DNA of 64,000 bases. Source: the human T2T-CHM13v2.0 reference genome, Homo sapiens. Below the pieces are notes generated by a model that worked only from the letters and a program-made list of their open reading frames with translations, searched no databases and had not been told where the DNA came from. Below, in pieces: positions 13,587 to 28,010 of the stretch. Positions within the stretch are counted from its first letter, which is position 1, and each line of letters starts with the position of its first letter. The position numbers and the translations under genes are program-made. Location of the stretch: assembly GCF_009914755.1 (NCBI RefSeq), contig NC_060927.1. One strand, given 5' to 3'.

Positions 13587-13655
13587 ACACACACACACAC
13601 ACGTACACACAGATACAGAAACACACATACATACATACATGTACATTCACAAACA
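13587..13655. repeat. Degenerate (CA)n/(CATA)n tract
   Basis: Seen directly. Confidence 0.85.
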
Positions 13656-14502
13656 GGTATGCTGGTGTGTCACAGAAACAGGCTTTCTTCCTTCTGAACC
13701 GGAGAGCAGCTGCAGAGGGCCCTGTGATCCCTGTAGCATGCTTCTTCAGTGATAGGGAGAGGGGCTCCAAGAGTCCTTACTTCTCTGAAGACCTGGTTGT
13801 GTCCGGCACAGTGCTTTTTATGTAGGAATTGTAGAACACCCCTCTGAGTAGTTGAAATTCCCTAACATTCAGGGTTGCACACACATTTTCTGAAATACAA
13901 GTGTAGCTAGATCTCCATTATTTGTTTTTATTACCATGACCAAAAAGAGTTATTGTGATTATTCTTAACAACTTTAATATTAAACTTCTGATTTTACAAC
14001 CTAAGTTGTGAGTTACCTATTGTTAATCTTATAAATTGGCTAGTGTTATTTATATATGGAAACCCAGACTCGGAAAATTAATTTGTCCAGGGTCACACAC
14101 TTTTAAGTGACAGAGTCTTCTGATCCTCTGTTCTTGGGGATCACCACATAGCCTCTTTGGTAACTTTCCTTTTTGCCTCGTGAGTGACAGGAGCCTCAAC
14201 TGTGTGGTACATTATCTTCTGTGATCATGACAAAGCACTTGAACTTTTCGAGTCTTAAGTATCTTATCTCTTAAACAAAATAATCTTAAAAATACTTGCC
14301 TCAAAGATTTATTGGGATAACTAAGATCTGTAATACTTGGAGATAGGAACTATGTCACATAGTGCATGACACATGAAAGGCACTTAATATTCATTGAATT
14401 GAATTAAATCTCACAGATTTAAATAAAAGGCCTTTGCCTTAATGTTCAACTTTGTATTTGGTATGAGGTCTCTCTGTCTCCCTTCAATTAAATGATATTT
14501 AG

Positions 14503-14831
<329 letters not shown>

Positions 14832-15517
14832 TGACATAGTTAATTTTTGAGAGGATGAAAATTTAAAAAGGAAAGGTCGATTATTATAAATCCTATTCTT
14901 GTAGAATGCTGTATTTAAGAACCTCTAAATTTTTTAGTGAAATAGGTTCTATGTATCCAATCCAAAGGTCTTATATCAACTGGAAAAATTAGATATATTC
15001 CATTTAATATGTGTTCAATATACAAAACTTACATGAAGTTCTTACTTTTCCCTGATTTGAAAGGAGCAAAGCGCTCCTTGCCTAATTCAATTGCTCAGGA
15101 TGGCTTCAGATGGAAGAAAAACTTGTAACCATTGCAGGATGATCAGCTATCTTCTTGTCATCAGGGGCTTACAATCTGAGCACGATATGGTTGGTGTCAT
15201 TTATTTTGCATTCTTGCATCTTTTTTCTTTCTTGAAAATAACCAGCTAAGTTGTATGTTCACCTTAAAGAAATTCAAAGGATATTGCAGGTTGTCAGATT
15301 TGCCCACACAATATCTGAAGTCAGACCACACACAGAGAGTTTTAATTGGAGTTACCTTTTGCTGAGTGGATAGGTGTTATGTGACTTTAGATTCTGTAGT
15401 TACAATGGAATATTTTATAAATGATCACTGTCATTTCCAAAAAAAAAAAAAAAGGAGGAAAGAAACCAACTTAAAATTTCCCAAATATTTTCTGAGAGAA
15501 ACAAATCTCCTTATTAA

Positions 15518-15865
<348 letters not shown>

Positions 15866-17009
15866 AAGCTTCTTCAAATAAATTCCTTCCTACAACTTTT
15901 TTCTGATGACACCTGATGGCAAAAAAACAAAAACAAAACAAAAAACTAGTAGGTGCTAGTCACGGTGAGAAGAGAATATTTATCTCAGCATCTCCACTTG
16001 ATGCTTTTATAAATGATGAATGTTTTAGCTTGGAAATTCCGTACCTACTGGGAGATTTATACTTTAATATCATTTATCAAAAATGTAAATCGCATATTAT
16101 TCCAGGTTGGGGATGATTATTCTAATTATTGTTATTTATTATTTTTTAGCACCATCAGTGCTGCACCAGGTAACTCTGGCAAAAAATGTTCAAGTTAGAG
16201 GAGGAACTGTTATTTTCATATTTCCTAAGCAACATCAATTTGTATGGCTAACATTTTAGCAATAAAAAGCAAAATGTAAAACTGCAGCCCGCTGTGAAGG
16301 GAAGTCTACACATTGAATGAACACTGCAGGGACATACTCATAAATATTCATTAAACAGGGTTTCATTGAAAATGAAATTTAAGTACTTAAGGTAATGTAA
16401 TACAAGTAGGTGAAAAGCTATTTCACCCTAGCTAAGAAACCAGGATAGACTGAGATAATCTAAGAAAGAAGGATAGAGTTTAGAGGATGTCTTTTGTACC
16501 CCAAAATACGAATTAAGAAAATGAAGTGTTAATTCAATTGTCATATTCATCCTGGTGCTTCGGAAGTCCAATCTTCATAATAAAAGAGAACACAGTGTCT
16601 TTTAAACACCCTATAATTATGTGAATTAGGGAGGAGATTTGAAGGTCTAGAGAGTTCTCTTGGAGTAGGTAATGAAATACAGTCTCCAGGAGATAGAATT
16701 GTTCAAGAAGTCAGGGTGGCCTGTTTAAAATCTGTGTGGCCTCCAGTAAGTCACTAAGCTCTCTGATGTTGTTTCTTACCTATAAAGAGAAAATAGTACT
16801 ACCTCCTCACTCACAGTCTTTTTAAGAAAAGAGAGTGTGTGTATATTTAGAAGTATTTTGTAAACTATAAAGCACCATGAAACTATCCATTATTGTAATT
16901 TGCTAGTATTCATTTCAGTACATTTATGGAGCCTAATCTCAATCTCTATGATTGCTTAGTTATATTGACATTTTTACATTCATTGCTTCTATTAGAAACT
17001 CAGTCAATA

Positions 17010-17955
17010 AATTTTGAATGAAAACCTATGATTTTCCAAGCATCACTCTAGGGGCTCTGGAGGAACCAATAAACAAAACAAAATGAGAGGCTCCACCTTC
17101 ATGGAGCCTATGTCCTATTCAGGGGAAGTCAATAAGAAGCTAACATCATAAATATATAAAAATTAAAATGTTAGTGGGTGAGAAGTGCTTTGAAGAAAAA
17201 ACAAAGCATAGAGGTGGCATAGTAGCATAAGGAACATGGAGGGTTACAGGGTGGAGGGGGCTTGGGTCCCTATTTTCAAATAGATTGGTCATGGAAGGCT
17301 TCAATGAGGAAAGATCATTTAAAGACAGGTTTTGAAGTAAGCTAGAAAGTTAAGTCTTGTGGCTATCTAGGAAAGAGCATTCCAGGCAGAAGAAATCGTA
17401 ATTGCAAAGGCCCTGTGGCAGAAGTGTGTCCTGGATATTGAAGGAACAGCAATAACTGAGGGATTGAAAAGTGAATGAGAGAAAGAGTGAGTAGAAATAG
17501 AGTCAGAGAGTAGGAAGCCAAATTCTGTTAGATCATTGAAGAATTTTACCTTGCCTGGGTAGAAGGAAGGAAATCACTAGAGAGTTTTGAGAGGAAATGT
17601 GAAAAGATTTGACCTATATTTAACTGCATCATTCTGGCTTCTGTGTGGAGTTAGGTGACCAGTTAAGAGACTATTGTAATAATCCAAGTGAGAGAAAATG
17701 GTGAATTGGGAAGGGGTAGTAGCATTAAGAGTAGTAAGAAGCACTGAGAGTATAAATTATCTTGGAAGGTACAGCCAAAATAATCTTTTCACAGTTTGGA
17801 TGAGAGATGCGTCAGAAAAAAGCAGAATTAAGATGACTTTAAGGTGTTTTTCTGTTTTGTTTTGTTTTAATTTTTTTTCTGTTTTGTTTTGTTTTGTTTT
17901 GTTTTGTTTTCCAGAGCAAATGGAAGGATTGGGTTTCCATTACTGAAAGATAAGA
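17010..17955 (-). mobile_element. L2 LINE fragment (L2a-like) with an internal (TTTTG)n run
   Basis: ccttcatggagcctatgtcct...gaaagagcattccaggcagaagaaa...gcaaaggccctgtggcag...gttaagagactattgtaataatccaagtgaga. Confidence 0.8.
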
Positions 17956-20900
17956 GTTATTTTATTTGTTCTGTTTTCTTCTTTCAATGCATTTGTGTCT
18001 AGGTGAGCATGTGGGTACACAGGATCAATCTTAAATGAGCTATTTGGTTATTTTTTTCAGTTATTTGTAATCAGTTGTCCTGTTTCCACTGTGATCAAGT
18101 TAAAAATGGTACTGTTTCAAATTGTCTTGTGTCATTGTGGCAATAGTTTAGTTTTCAGTTTTTTCCTTAAGTTGCTTCATAAGAAATAAATTAATCTATA
18201 ACTCCTCTTTCATATCGTGTTATCACTAAGCTTGAGTTATATAGGGAAATGTTCTGATATGATTAATTCAAGGATGCTGAAGAGCAATGAGTTGTGTGTA
18301 AGCAGAAAACAAACCAGTACTTAACTAGGACATCTGTCTATGAGAGAGAAAGGAGGTGCACATTATTTAAAAAAAAAAAAAAAGTGTGGTAGGATTTGTC
18401 TGCAAATTAAATCTGGAGAATAGAAAGAAAGAAATTAGCTTTAATACTATTGCTCAGGAGAATTGTTCAGATAGTAACAGCACCTACAGTGACTGAGAAG
18501 TTAGGGTGTGTAACCAGATTCTTTGTGGAATGACTAAAATGTTCTTTCTTTGCTAATCTTGATGAGAGTGATGGTTTCATCAAATTTCTTAGAGGCTAAA
18601 GAGAATTAAAGTGTTCAGCCCTCTTGAAGGCTGTTTGGCTGGGTGACTTGCTGAGTGCCAGGGAATAGCTGATTTGCATATATGAAGAGTCAGTTAGATG
18701 TGACTCATCCCAGACACTGGCTGCCCCAGGAGGTGCTGTATTATAGCTTAGCTCATGTGTAAGTGTAAGAATATCTGCCACAGTTCTTTTGGCATAAGCC
18801 ATCTGAAATTAAGAAATATTAATTTATGTATAAAGGTAATGGGGTGGTGGGTAAGGATGGGATTTATTGGAAGATACTCAAAGAATCACAAGAAGTCCTA
18901 AACAAGCAAACTCTGAGACAGGCAACAGAAAAGCTCAGAAAACCTTAAGAGAAAGTAGGAGAGGCCTCAGTGAAGTGTGAAAAATGTTATTTTGAGAGTC
19001 ATTAAGTAATTGAATGGGAAAAATAGGTGTCAATATGAAAGAGATAAGAAGGCAAACAAACTATTCAGAAGGGCACCTCCGGTGAAACACTAGAAGCTCA
19101 GAGAATGGCAGGAGAGAGGAGGTAGAAAAGTAATGATTACAAAGCCTCATTGTGGAGAGAAGGGCTGATTCCCACCACTAGATCTTCAAAAGATAAATAT
19201 GAGCCTCCACTAGTGGGAGACTTTACAATAAGAACCATTTCAGTCAAGGCCAGAACTTCAAAGGATCTGTGGATTAAGGGAGTTTGATGACTACAGATGG
19301 GGATTCTAGAGAGAGTGTAATAAAAGTGTAAGAAAAATGGCCAGAGGGGTATCTATCTTGGTTGACAATTAAAGATAGCAGGTATCTGAGACACAGTTTA
19401 TTTAGCTTGCCGCAAATGGCAAGTTATTCAGATCCCTGGTACTTGGGAAGACCCCAAGGATTTTGAGAGGAGTCAGATTTGACATAGTTCTTCCTTCTGG
19501 TCTTTTCTATTTCCTCTTTCAGAAACATATGATGAAATGATAATGACTATCAGATAAATCAACTGAGCTTTCTTCTGATATTTTATTTACTTTCCCCTAA
19601 TTTAGACACAAATCCCATTAGGCAGTGACTAGGTTATTTCTTTGTTCTGAATAACATCAAGCAAATTCTCAATGTACTTCATAAATGTTAATCTCACATG
19701 TATCTCTCAACCTCAAAGGTTCAGTTTGGTTTGGGTAATTTTTTTCTTAAGATATCTGTCAGATCACAGTCCTTTGTATTAATATATATTATAAGTGAAT
19801 AAGGATGTTCTATTAAATAATAATAAAGAAATATTCCTCTCATTGAAGGAGAAATGTTTCAACACCTAAATGATACACAGTGCTATTAGTATTAGGAGAG
19901 GTGCAAAAGACACTGTATTGCTTTGCAAAACTGTATAATATCATTAGAGAAAAACCATATGTGCAATAAAATAACTACATGTAAATGAACTTTAAATAAC
20001 ATCTAACAATTTTCCAGAATCATTAAAAAAGTTGGGGTGTTTTGCATTCTGTGGCAGGTAAAAAAACACGAATATCTAAGTTACAATAATAATAATAATG
20101 TACTATTATAGTATATAATACTATATAGTATTAATATTAGTAGTAGTTTTAATATTATACTAATATTATTTAATAATAAACCATTATTATGTTATAATAA
20201 TAAAATAATTGATATCTAACTTGTTTATTTCATTTTGTTTTATGAAGCGGTTGCAAGAAAAAGTGAATAATGACGTCAATAGTAAACATTTGCATTTGAA
20301 TTATCAGCAAATATTTTTATTGACTGCATGCAAACCACAGGTTACATTAATATTAGGATAAAACTCAAATGGTGACTTTTTATATGGAGGATAAGAATTA
20401 CTTTGAGTAAATATACACTTATCATTGGGCTTCTTAGCTTTCTGGCCTTTTCTCAAGACAGAGGTCACATTTCACACTTTATCTTCCCCTGATCTTTTAC
20501 ACCCTGAAAAACCGTATTCTGTAAATAAGAAGCAGTTTGTTATTTTCTTTTATGAGTATTCTCAAAGTATTTTCTCAGAAAACCTCTTGATGAATCCATC
20601 TTTATCACAAAATTAGCCTTTAGGTAAGAATTAAATCACAAGGCAAGTTGAGGCCATACCTTTGTCACTCACATGTCACTATTTAAATATCTGATGCAGC
20701 TGATTTAAAAACCCGATAATATCTCTTTAAAGACATAATATATTATGTATGCCTGTGGCAAATTTCTTAATAAAAGAGTCTCTATCCTAGTATTTTGTTT
20801 CAAAAATTTATTGCAACCTTGTGAGGTAGGTATTATTATTTCCATTATACAGATGAGGAAAGTAAGTCTTAATGGTTACAATGTCTGTCCCAGACCACTC

Positions 20901-21452
20901 CATTATTTACAAGCAAAGCTGCTTTTTCAGACCAATCATTGCTCTTAAATTCTGTGCTATGTTCCCATCTTCTGGGAGTTCTGGAATCTTTCTCTTCCTT
21001 ATTATTCCCACTGCCTTAGTTCAGGCCCTCATCATTTTGCATCAAATCCAACCTGGTTTTTTAGCAAGCAAAGCCTATCACAATTTTGCCCACGTCAGTT
21101 AATTTACAGTTAAACTATCTGGGGGTTATAAAGGTTAAGGGACCTGCCTAAGGTTATACAGCTAAAAATATCAGAGATGAAGTTTAGCGGCAGCTTAGTG
21201 AATGAAAGGTACAATTCTTGGTTAAAATCTTGTAATGAGAATTAATAAAGTCTAATCTAAAACTTTCCTTTTATGTAGTCCAGCATGAAAATATGGACTT
21301 TTTTTTACTGCCCTGCATGTCAGTAGATACTGGTTTTATTGGAGCCCAGGAGAAACAAAAAATCCAGTAATGACACTCTTCCACAAAGTTAGCCAACTTC
21401 TAGAATCTTGAAGTTCAAAGTGACAGGTTCCATTTGTCATGAGAATATACAG

Positions 21453-21455
<3 letters not shown>

Positions 21456-21524
<69 letters not shown>
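21456..21524. repeat. Compound (CA)n(CT)n microsatellite
   Basis: Seen directly. Confidence 0.97.
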
Positions 21525-22548
21525 GCCTTACTGTTAAATTGATTCAGACCAATAAAAATCCACTAAAACCAGAAATTAGATTTTGGATAGACTAGTGTGT
21601 TTTGGTTTTATTTTGTGTGTATGTATTTTTGAATCTTTTAAACCAATTGTTAGTGAAAGAAACAATGTTTAGCAACCAAGGATTAAAAATTACTAGAATT
21701 TGTAAACTAAGAGAAAATATTGAATTATATCATGAGGGAAGTTGATAGCTAATACAGATTTTGAGACACCAAAGACCTACTGCTCCCCATGGACAGTGTG
21801 AAGCCTACAGCAAAAGCTGTTCTGAGCAAGTTAAAAGTTCTTAAGCACATTTTCAAGGATAATACCTCATGGAGAATATTGAATTAGTTCCCAAAATTTT
21901 CATAGGCATGGATTCTGTTGTGCAAAGTTGTCATTCTTTTATAAAGACCTTTGGATTTGCACATTAAGTCTTTTTTTTTTTCATAGATCTTATGTAATGG
22001 TTCTCACAAAATTGACATAAAATAAGTGGTTGGTTTCTGTATTGTGTTTATATGTTTCAAACATTTATTCTAGTTTTGTAGTTTATAAATTCAGTCTCTA
22101 CATCTGCTTTCTCCTTAAGGGCACCATTTTTCATCTTAAGCATGGCCATGTAGATGCCTACCTCCTACACTTCTTCATAAGTACCATGCATTTTATGTTT
22201 ATTACAGTGTGTTTAATTTGCATTATTCCAGATCCTTACACCACGGGTTTAGAAATTTCAGGTCAATAAACACTACAAGAAGTATTTCTCTCATGTATTC
22301 TAGCATTATAAGGGTAATTTACATCTAAGCAGTGTGACACCATTGTGAATTTGCTTGGATGGCTAGGATTACAATGGCAGATGGCAACCCTTGGATGTTA
22401 TTACTGCAGTTTACTGCAGTATTTTCACAAGTTTTTACATTAAAATTCTCAACTGAAAGGGTGCCACAAGATTGAAGATAGGACCTTTAGAATGAACTAA
22501 CTTGCATAAGCATTCATTAATTACTGTATTGATTCTATCATTTTTTAG

Positions 22549-22557
22549 GTCCTCAAG
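22549..22557 (+). other. Candidate 9-nt microexon GTCCTCAAG
   Basis: ACTAAC at 22496, no AG from 22511 to 22546, ttttttag| acceptor, AAG|GTATAT donor, frame-preserving length. Confidence 0.35.
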
Positions 22558-24023
22558 GTATATGTCTTATTTAGTTGTAACACACTGTTACAACATTATA
22601 GCCGGAAACGGCAGACTTCCTTGCATCAGTTTTTCACCTGAAAATTGGTGCTTTTGCTTCAGCATTCATCATTATGTGTTAGGCAGTAAGTATATTTAAA
22701 AATTAGAGAATTTTGAATTGACAGTGGTTTTATTGTATCTGTATTGGGTTAACATTTTTATTTTCACTATTTAGAAATACAAGAAAATAAAACAGGCTTC
22801 TTCCTTAACTAAAGTAGCATGTAAAAAGCATATAAAACTCATTTGAACACAGGGATATATGTATACACAGAAACACAATGAAAGTTTTCTAAATTAACTA
22901 AAATGTCAAATTATGGAACTAATAACTTTCCTTCTTCCATCCCCCTCAGCTTCCTCTGATCCCACACTATAGGTCCCAGAGCATTCAGTGAGCAACCAGA
23001 CCAAAAAGATGTTTAGAAATGTGACCAAAATTAGGATTCACTGGCTCTGAGTAAGAATATGAGCTATTAATTATGCGTACATAAACTTCAGCTAATGAAC
23101 TCTGTGATGATATTAGCTGCATAGGTACTTTTTTTTCTTCATTATAAACTGGATTTCAGATTACTGAGCTTATGAAATAATTCACCCATCAATGAGAGGT
23201 GTTGAGATATATACAAATAGAACAAAGATTATAGCTCAGAGAACAAATTAATATACTTTATGAACTTCACTAGTGGCTCAAATTGGGAGATTAGATTTAT
23301 CATTGAGTCCAGGAAATGATGATACTTCAAAGAATAGGTGTAACTTGATCAAATCTTTATATTGCAAGTTATTTATTACTACTGAGAATTAAAAATCTGA
23401 ACTTTGTGAATTTTTAAAATTAATTGCAATGGAAAACATTAGACAGGACTTGTATGCAGGAGAAAACATATAATCTGCAGCTTATCTATGCCATATCCCT
23501 TAGTAAGTGATGGTTAGAGATAAATTACTAATAGCTACTAATCACTTGACAAGTGATTTTATTTATGTCATCTGTAACATCTTTGCATTATATCTCTGCA
23601 AAATGTTGGGGTTTTGTAAAAATGTGATTAACGCAAAATAAGATAGTAGAAGCAAATGTCTTTCATCAAAAAATGCAAGGCAATTTCTCTGGTCAATTAT
23701 GTATGAAGATATACATTAGTGTTTACATTTTCAAAGTTAACCCTAGATGCTCCATTAACATTTCAAAATTTAAAATGTAATATTTGTAAATGTGACCCAA
23801 TAATGTAGTTGTTCTGATGTTAAAAACAATCCATCTGGGTTTATATTAAGTACATATAACACTTATAACAATAAACATAAATAGGCCATTATGTTATCAA
23901 ATACTTATGGAGCACCTATTAATTGTCAAACACTGGGAATACAAAGATGATTAAAAGAGGGTCCTTTTCTTCAAGGAGCTCACTTTCTAGCATGGAAAAC
24001 AGAAATTGCATCATATTTTGAGT

Positions 24024-24426
24024 GTGGTTGAGTAGTCACTAATGCTATTCACAAGAATTGCAGTTCTCCTCTTTTCAGGCTCGGAGTAGAATGATACTTT
24101 CCAGTGCCTCAAAGTTAGGTATGGCCATTCGAATTGTTTTAGAGGATAAAACGTGAGCAAGTGCCCCTCCATAGCAGAAAATGTAAGAGCCAGAGCATGA
24201 CTCAGCATGTTTATTTTTCCCTTTACTGTTGATGCTGAGTACTGAAGCATTTATTTGCCATGGAAACATAGTCTTGGTGGCTGAGTTACTAGAATGAGCA
24301 GAGGCCTTTCAGTGATCTGCAGTGAACATGCATAATGACCAATAAATGTATATTTGTTGTATTAAACCACTGAGATTTTGGAGTTCTTTGCTACTGCAGT
24401 GTGACTTAGCCCGTGTTGACATATAC
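24024..24426 (+). mobile_element. MaLR solo LTR, MLT1I-like
   Basis: aagttaggtatggcca...aagagccagagcatga...aataaa...aaccactgagattttggagttctttgctactgcag. Confidence 0.75.
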
Positions 24427-25941
24427 TGCTATCACATACAAAATGTCAAGGAGGTGCAAAGGAAAAACTTCTAAGCATACTGCTCAAGCTTGTAATAGAT
24501 AGGATCAAATGAGTAATTAATCATTAATTTGGCTTCTCTAATACTATAGCTTGACAAGAGGACTAGAACAAACACCCTCCAGATTAGAGGAGGCCCTTAG
24601 CCCCCCTCTTTTCTACTCTGCTTCTTATCTGATCAGCTCCTACAGTATGAAGTACCGAGAAAAGGCATCAACTCAGTGGCTCCCAGCATCAGTGATTTAT
24701 GACAGATGTCCTTAGTGGCAAGAGCAGGATTTAGGGATGGTGATCTATAGCCCACACAACATTCTACCAGCTAACTGAGTCAGAGATATAATTTGGGGTG
24801 AAATAAGTAAATCAATGCTTTCCAAACCGAGCTTGTCAACACAATGACCAGAGGAACCTATTTTAAAAAATTGAAAAAAATATTTTAAAGTATGACTGAA
24901 CACATGAGAAAAAATGCAAGCCATAGCAAAAGGTTACATGATATAAAGCACACATCTCTTTCTTTAGCTAGCCTGTAACACTTACTCCAAAAATCAATTA
25001 ATGTACGTAGTTTTCGCATGCTTCCAGAAATATGTAATATGTGTGTATATATGTATAGCCCTAAAATTTCAGCTAGAAATGTTTATCTAACGGAGTTCTC
25101 CTGAGTAGAGCTCAACTGTGCTGGACTCAACCATCAACATTGATTTTCCATGTTCTTATCCCTTCAACTGAAAAGAATCAAGTTAAATCTGTAGGGAATG
25201 AAAACTAAACAGCTCTTTACATGAAGTTCCATGTCCTATTGCATTTATCTCGTGGGTTAAAATCATTCATTGATCGCTAATCACCTGTGGTTGTTTACAC
25301 ACAACAGGTTCCCTGGACAGCACAAAACCACAAGGAGGATTATACATACCACAGGAAACAATCAATAAAAAAGGCACATAATGATCTTCCTGAGAGGAAA
25401 CTGAAAGATTTTCCCTTTGTGACAGTCTGTATATGTGTGATAGGATTGTCAAAACAGACATAAGGGTTTCCAGCTGGCAGGAAAATGTTTTTAACATTTG
25501 GTTTTCATATCCACTTTTCTTGTCTCACTATAATAATATTAAAAATGAAAAAAATCATTTCAAAATTTCTTTTAATAGAGAATTCAATGCTTGTTTTGCT
25601 TTTCTGCCCAAATAATAATGAAACAAGCCTTTTATCTCCTTTGGAATATTACTGGGTTTTGTTTTTGTTTTTGTTTTGCCTCGCTGATGCCTAAAATATC
25701 TAATCAAGAGTCCATTTTTGTTATCCAAAAGAAGTTGAATGACATTAGTTTAGGATTCTAAAAATTGATTTAATGCACTTTTAATTCAAAAATGATCACT
25801 CGGTCTTAAACAAAAATCACATTGTGTATAATCCACTAAAAATACTAAAACTTATGTTTCAGGCACTGGACTAGAAACAAACTAAAACCTTGAATGAAAT
25901 TAAAACTATTCTTTTTAAATTTTACACTCAAATAGTTATAG

Positions 25942-26250
<309 letters not shown>

Positions 26251-27969
26251 TCAAATAGTTATATCTTGTAGGTTCCTGGTCTACAATATATACCTAGTTC
26301 TCATTTGAGGAAATAATGGAACTCTTTAACTCAATCAACACCAGTTTATCTTTCCTCATTTTCTTTCAAAGCCTTTAATATTTATATAAAACTACAGATT
26401 TGATATGTGTCATTCGGAAAAACTGTCCTGAACAAATTCAATTTAGAAATAAATCTTTCCCTCCAAGTGCCAAAACAAGAATGAAGGAGTCTGACCCATC
26501 TGAGAACATTTGCACATAGGGGGACAGAATATCAAAAATCCTTTGAGATCTTCTAATAATCCTATCCTGTTATATCCTGATTTCATAAATTTGCCTTACA
26601 ATTTCTCCCCCAGTGATATTTGATAGTTTTATATTTCTCATAAGTAGTTAAAGATGACTGAATATCTACGTGCATTTGCCTATGACGTATTCTTAGAACT
26701 AGCCAACTGCTTATTGTTATAAATTTCATACTAGTAAATACTTTTACTATATTTTATAAATACTAACTGTGCATTATTTAGTGGTCACCATTTACTTTCC
26801 CCACTTCTGAAACTTCATGATTCTTACCCCATTTTCCATAATTAAAGAAAGAAAAGTTTTAAATGTTACGCTTGGTACAGTTTTATAAAGGGACTTCTGT
26901 GTAGCTTTCGTGGATTAGTTATGAAGAGAAAACAGGTGAGAGTTCTCTAATTGTGTAAATGTGTAAACTCTTTGAGAGTGAATGTCAATATCTACATGCC
27001 AGATAGTTTTGCTTGCTGCTCCAATTATCCGAAGATCATAGTACAGAATCATAATTTGCTCTTCAAACCATTCAGGCCTTCCAGAACACCACCTGAAATT
27101 AAATCTTCTGCTTGTGCATGGCTTATAAAAATTGAATGGCAGTTCATTTTCACAACACGTGACAAACACAAAGGAAATTATGAATTAATTTTAAACCTTG
27201 CTTAGCAGAGTCTTATCAAACTGATGGCACCCTTTGTCTTACTGAAGTCAGGCATCAGAGCTGATATGCTTAATTAGAATCAGGCATCACTAAATGTTTT
27301 AGAGTGACTGTTCAGATCATCCTATTGGACTCCCAGGCCTTCCAGTGGTTGGAAGCCTAAAACAAGGCAATTGACTCAAAAGGTTGACTGGATTTGACTT
27401 TCACTTCCATGCATTACCTTAACCTCATCAAAACGCATTATTATGCTGGATGTTCAAATAAACAAAAGCAAAGACTTTTGAGGGCTTTTTTAGATAGGTG
27501 GATGGAGACTGAGATAGATAGATAATAGATCAATTAAAAATATGTATATATATAGTGTGTATATATATATAAATACTATATATTTGTAGAAAAACTGTGT
27601 TATAGGAAAACAAACTGAAGTTACAACTAACTGTCCTTCTGCAATTATTCAGGAACTAACTATGCATTTGATGAATTATTTAGATTTTAGCCTTTCCCAT
27701 TTTGGCCATTTCCCTATTCATCACATGCCATCATGAGCTTCTAATTAACACCAAACCATAAATACATGTCCATTATCCATCTTAAAAACATCCTGCTTAT
27801 GAAGAAGTGACATCCACAGATGCTATGGGGCACTGGCTGTTTACTCCTAGTTACAATGCTGACACCGAGAGATGTCCACTATTGATGCTCCCTTCTTATT
27901 TACTGCTAAGTTCTTGTGTTTGGAATATTTTTCCAGGGAAACATCATGGTCAGGAATATTGGTGGTTGG

Positions 27970-27971
<2 letters not shown>

Positions 27972-28010
<39 letters not shown>

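Noticed and set aside
15100-15170. Minus-strand TGATGA...CTGA...CTGA resembling a C/D snoRNA
   Set aside because: No terminal stem and no recognisable rRNA or snRNA guide
20090-20215. AT-rich stretch with an 18-bp palindrome taatactatatagtatta
   Set aside because: Low-complexity A/T sequence in which palindromes are expected
22549-22557. Collagen gene assignment from the Gly-Pro-Gln reading of the 9-nt candidate
   Set aside because: No other Gly-X-Y exons found in 64 kb, so no gene symbol can be supported
23089-23170. GTGATGA...CTGA plus a CAGCTAAT/ATTAGCTG inverted repeat
   Set aside because: No convincing terminal stem or guide; an 8-bp stem is expected by chance in 64 kb
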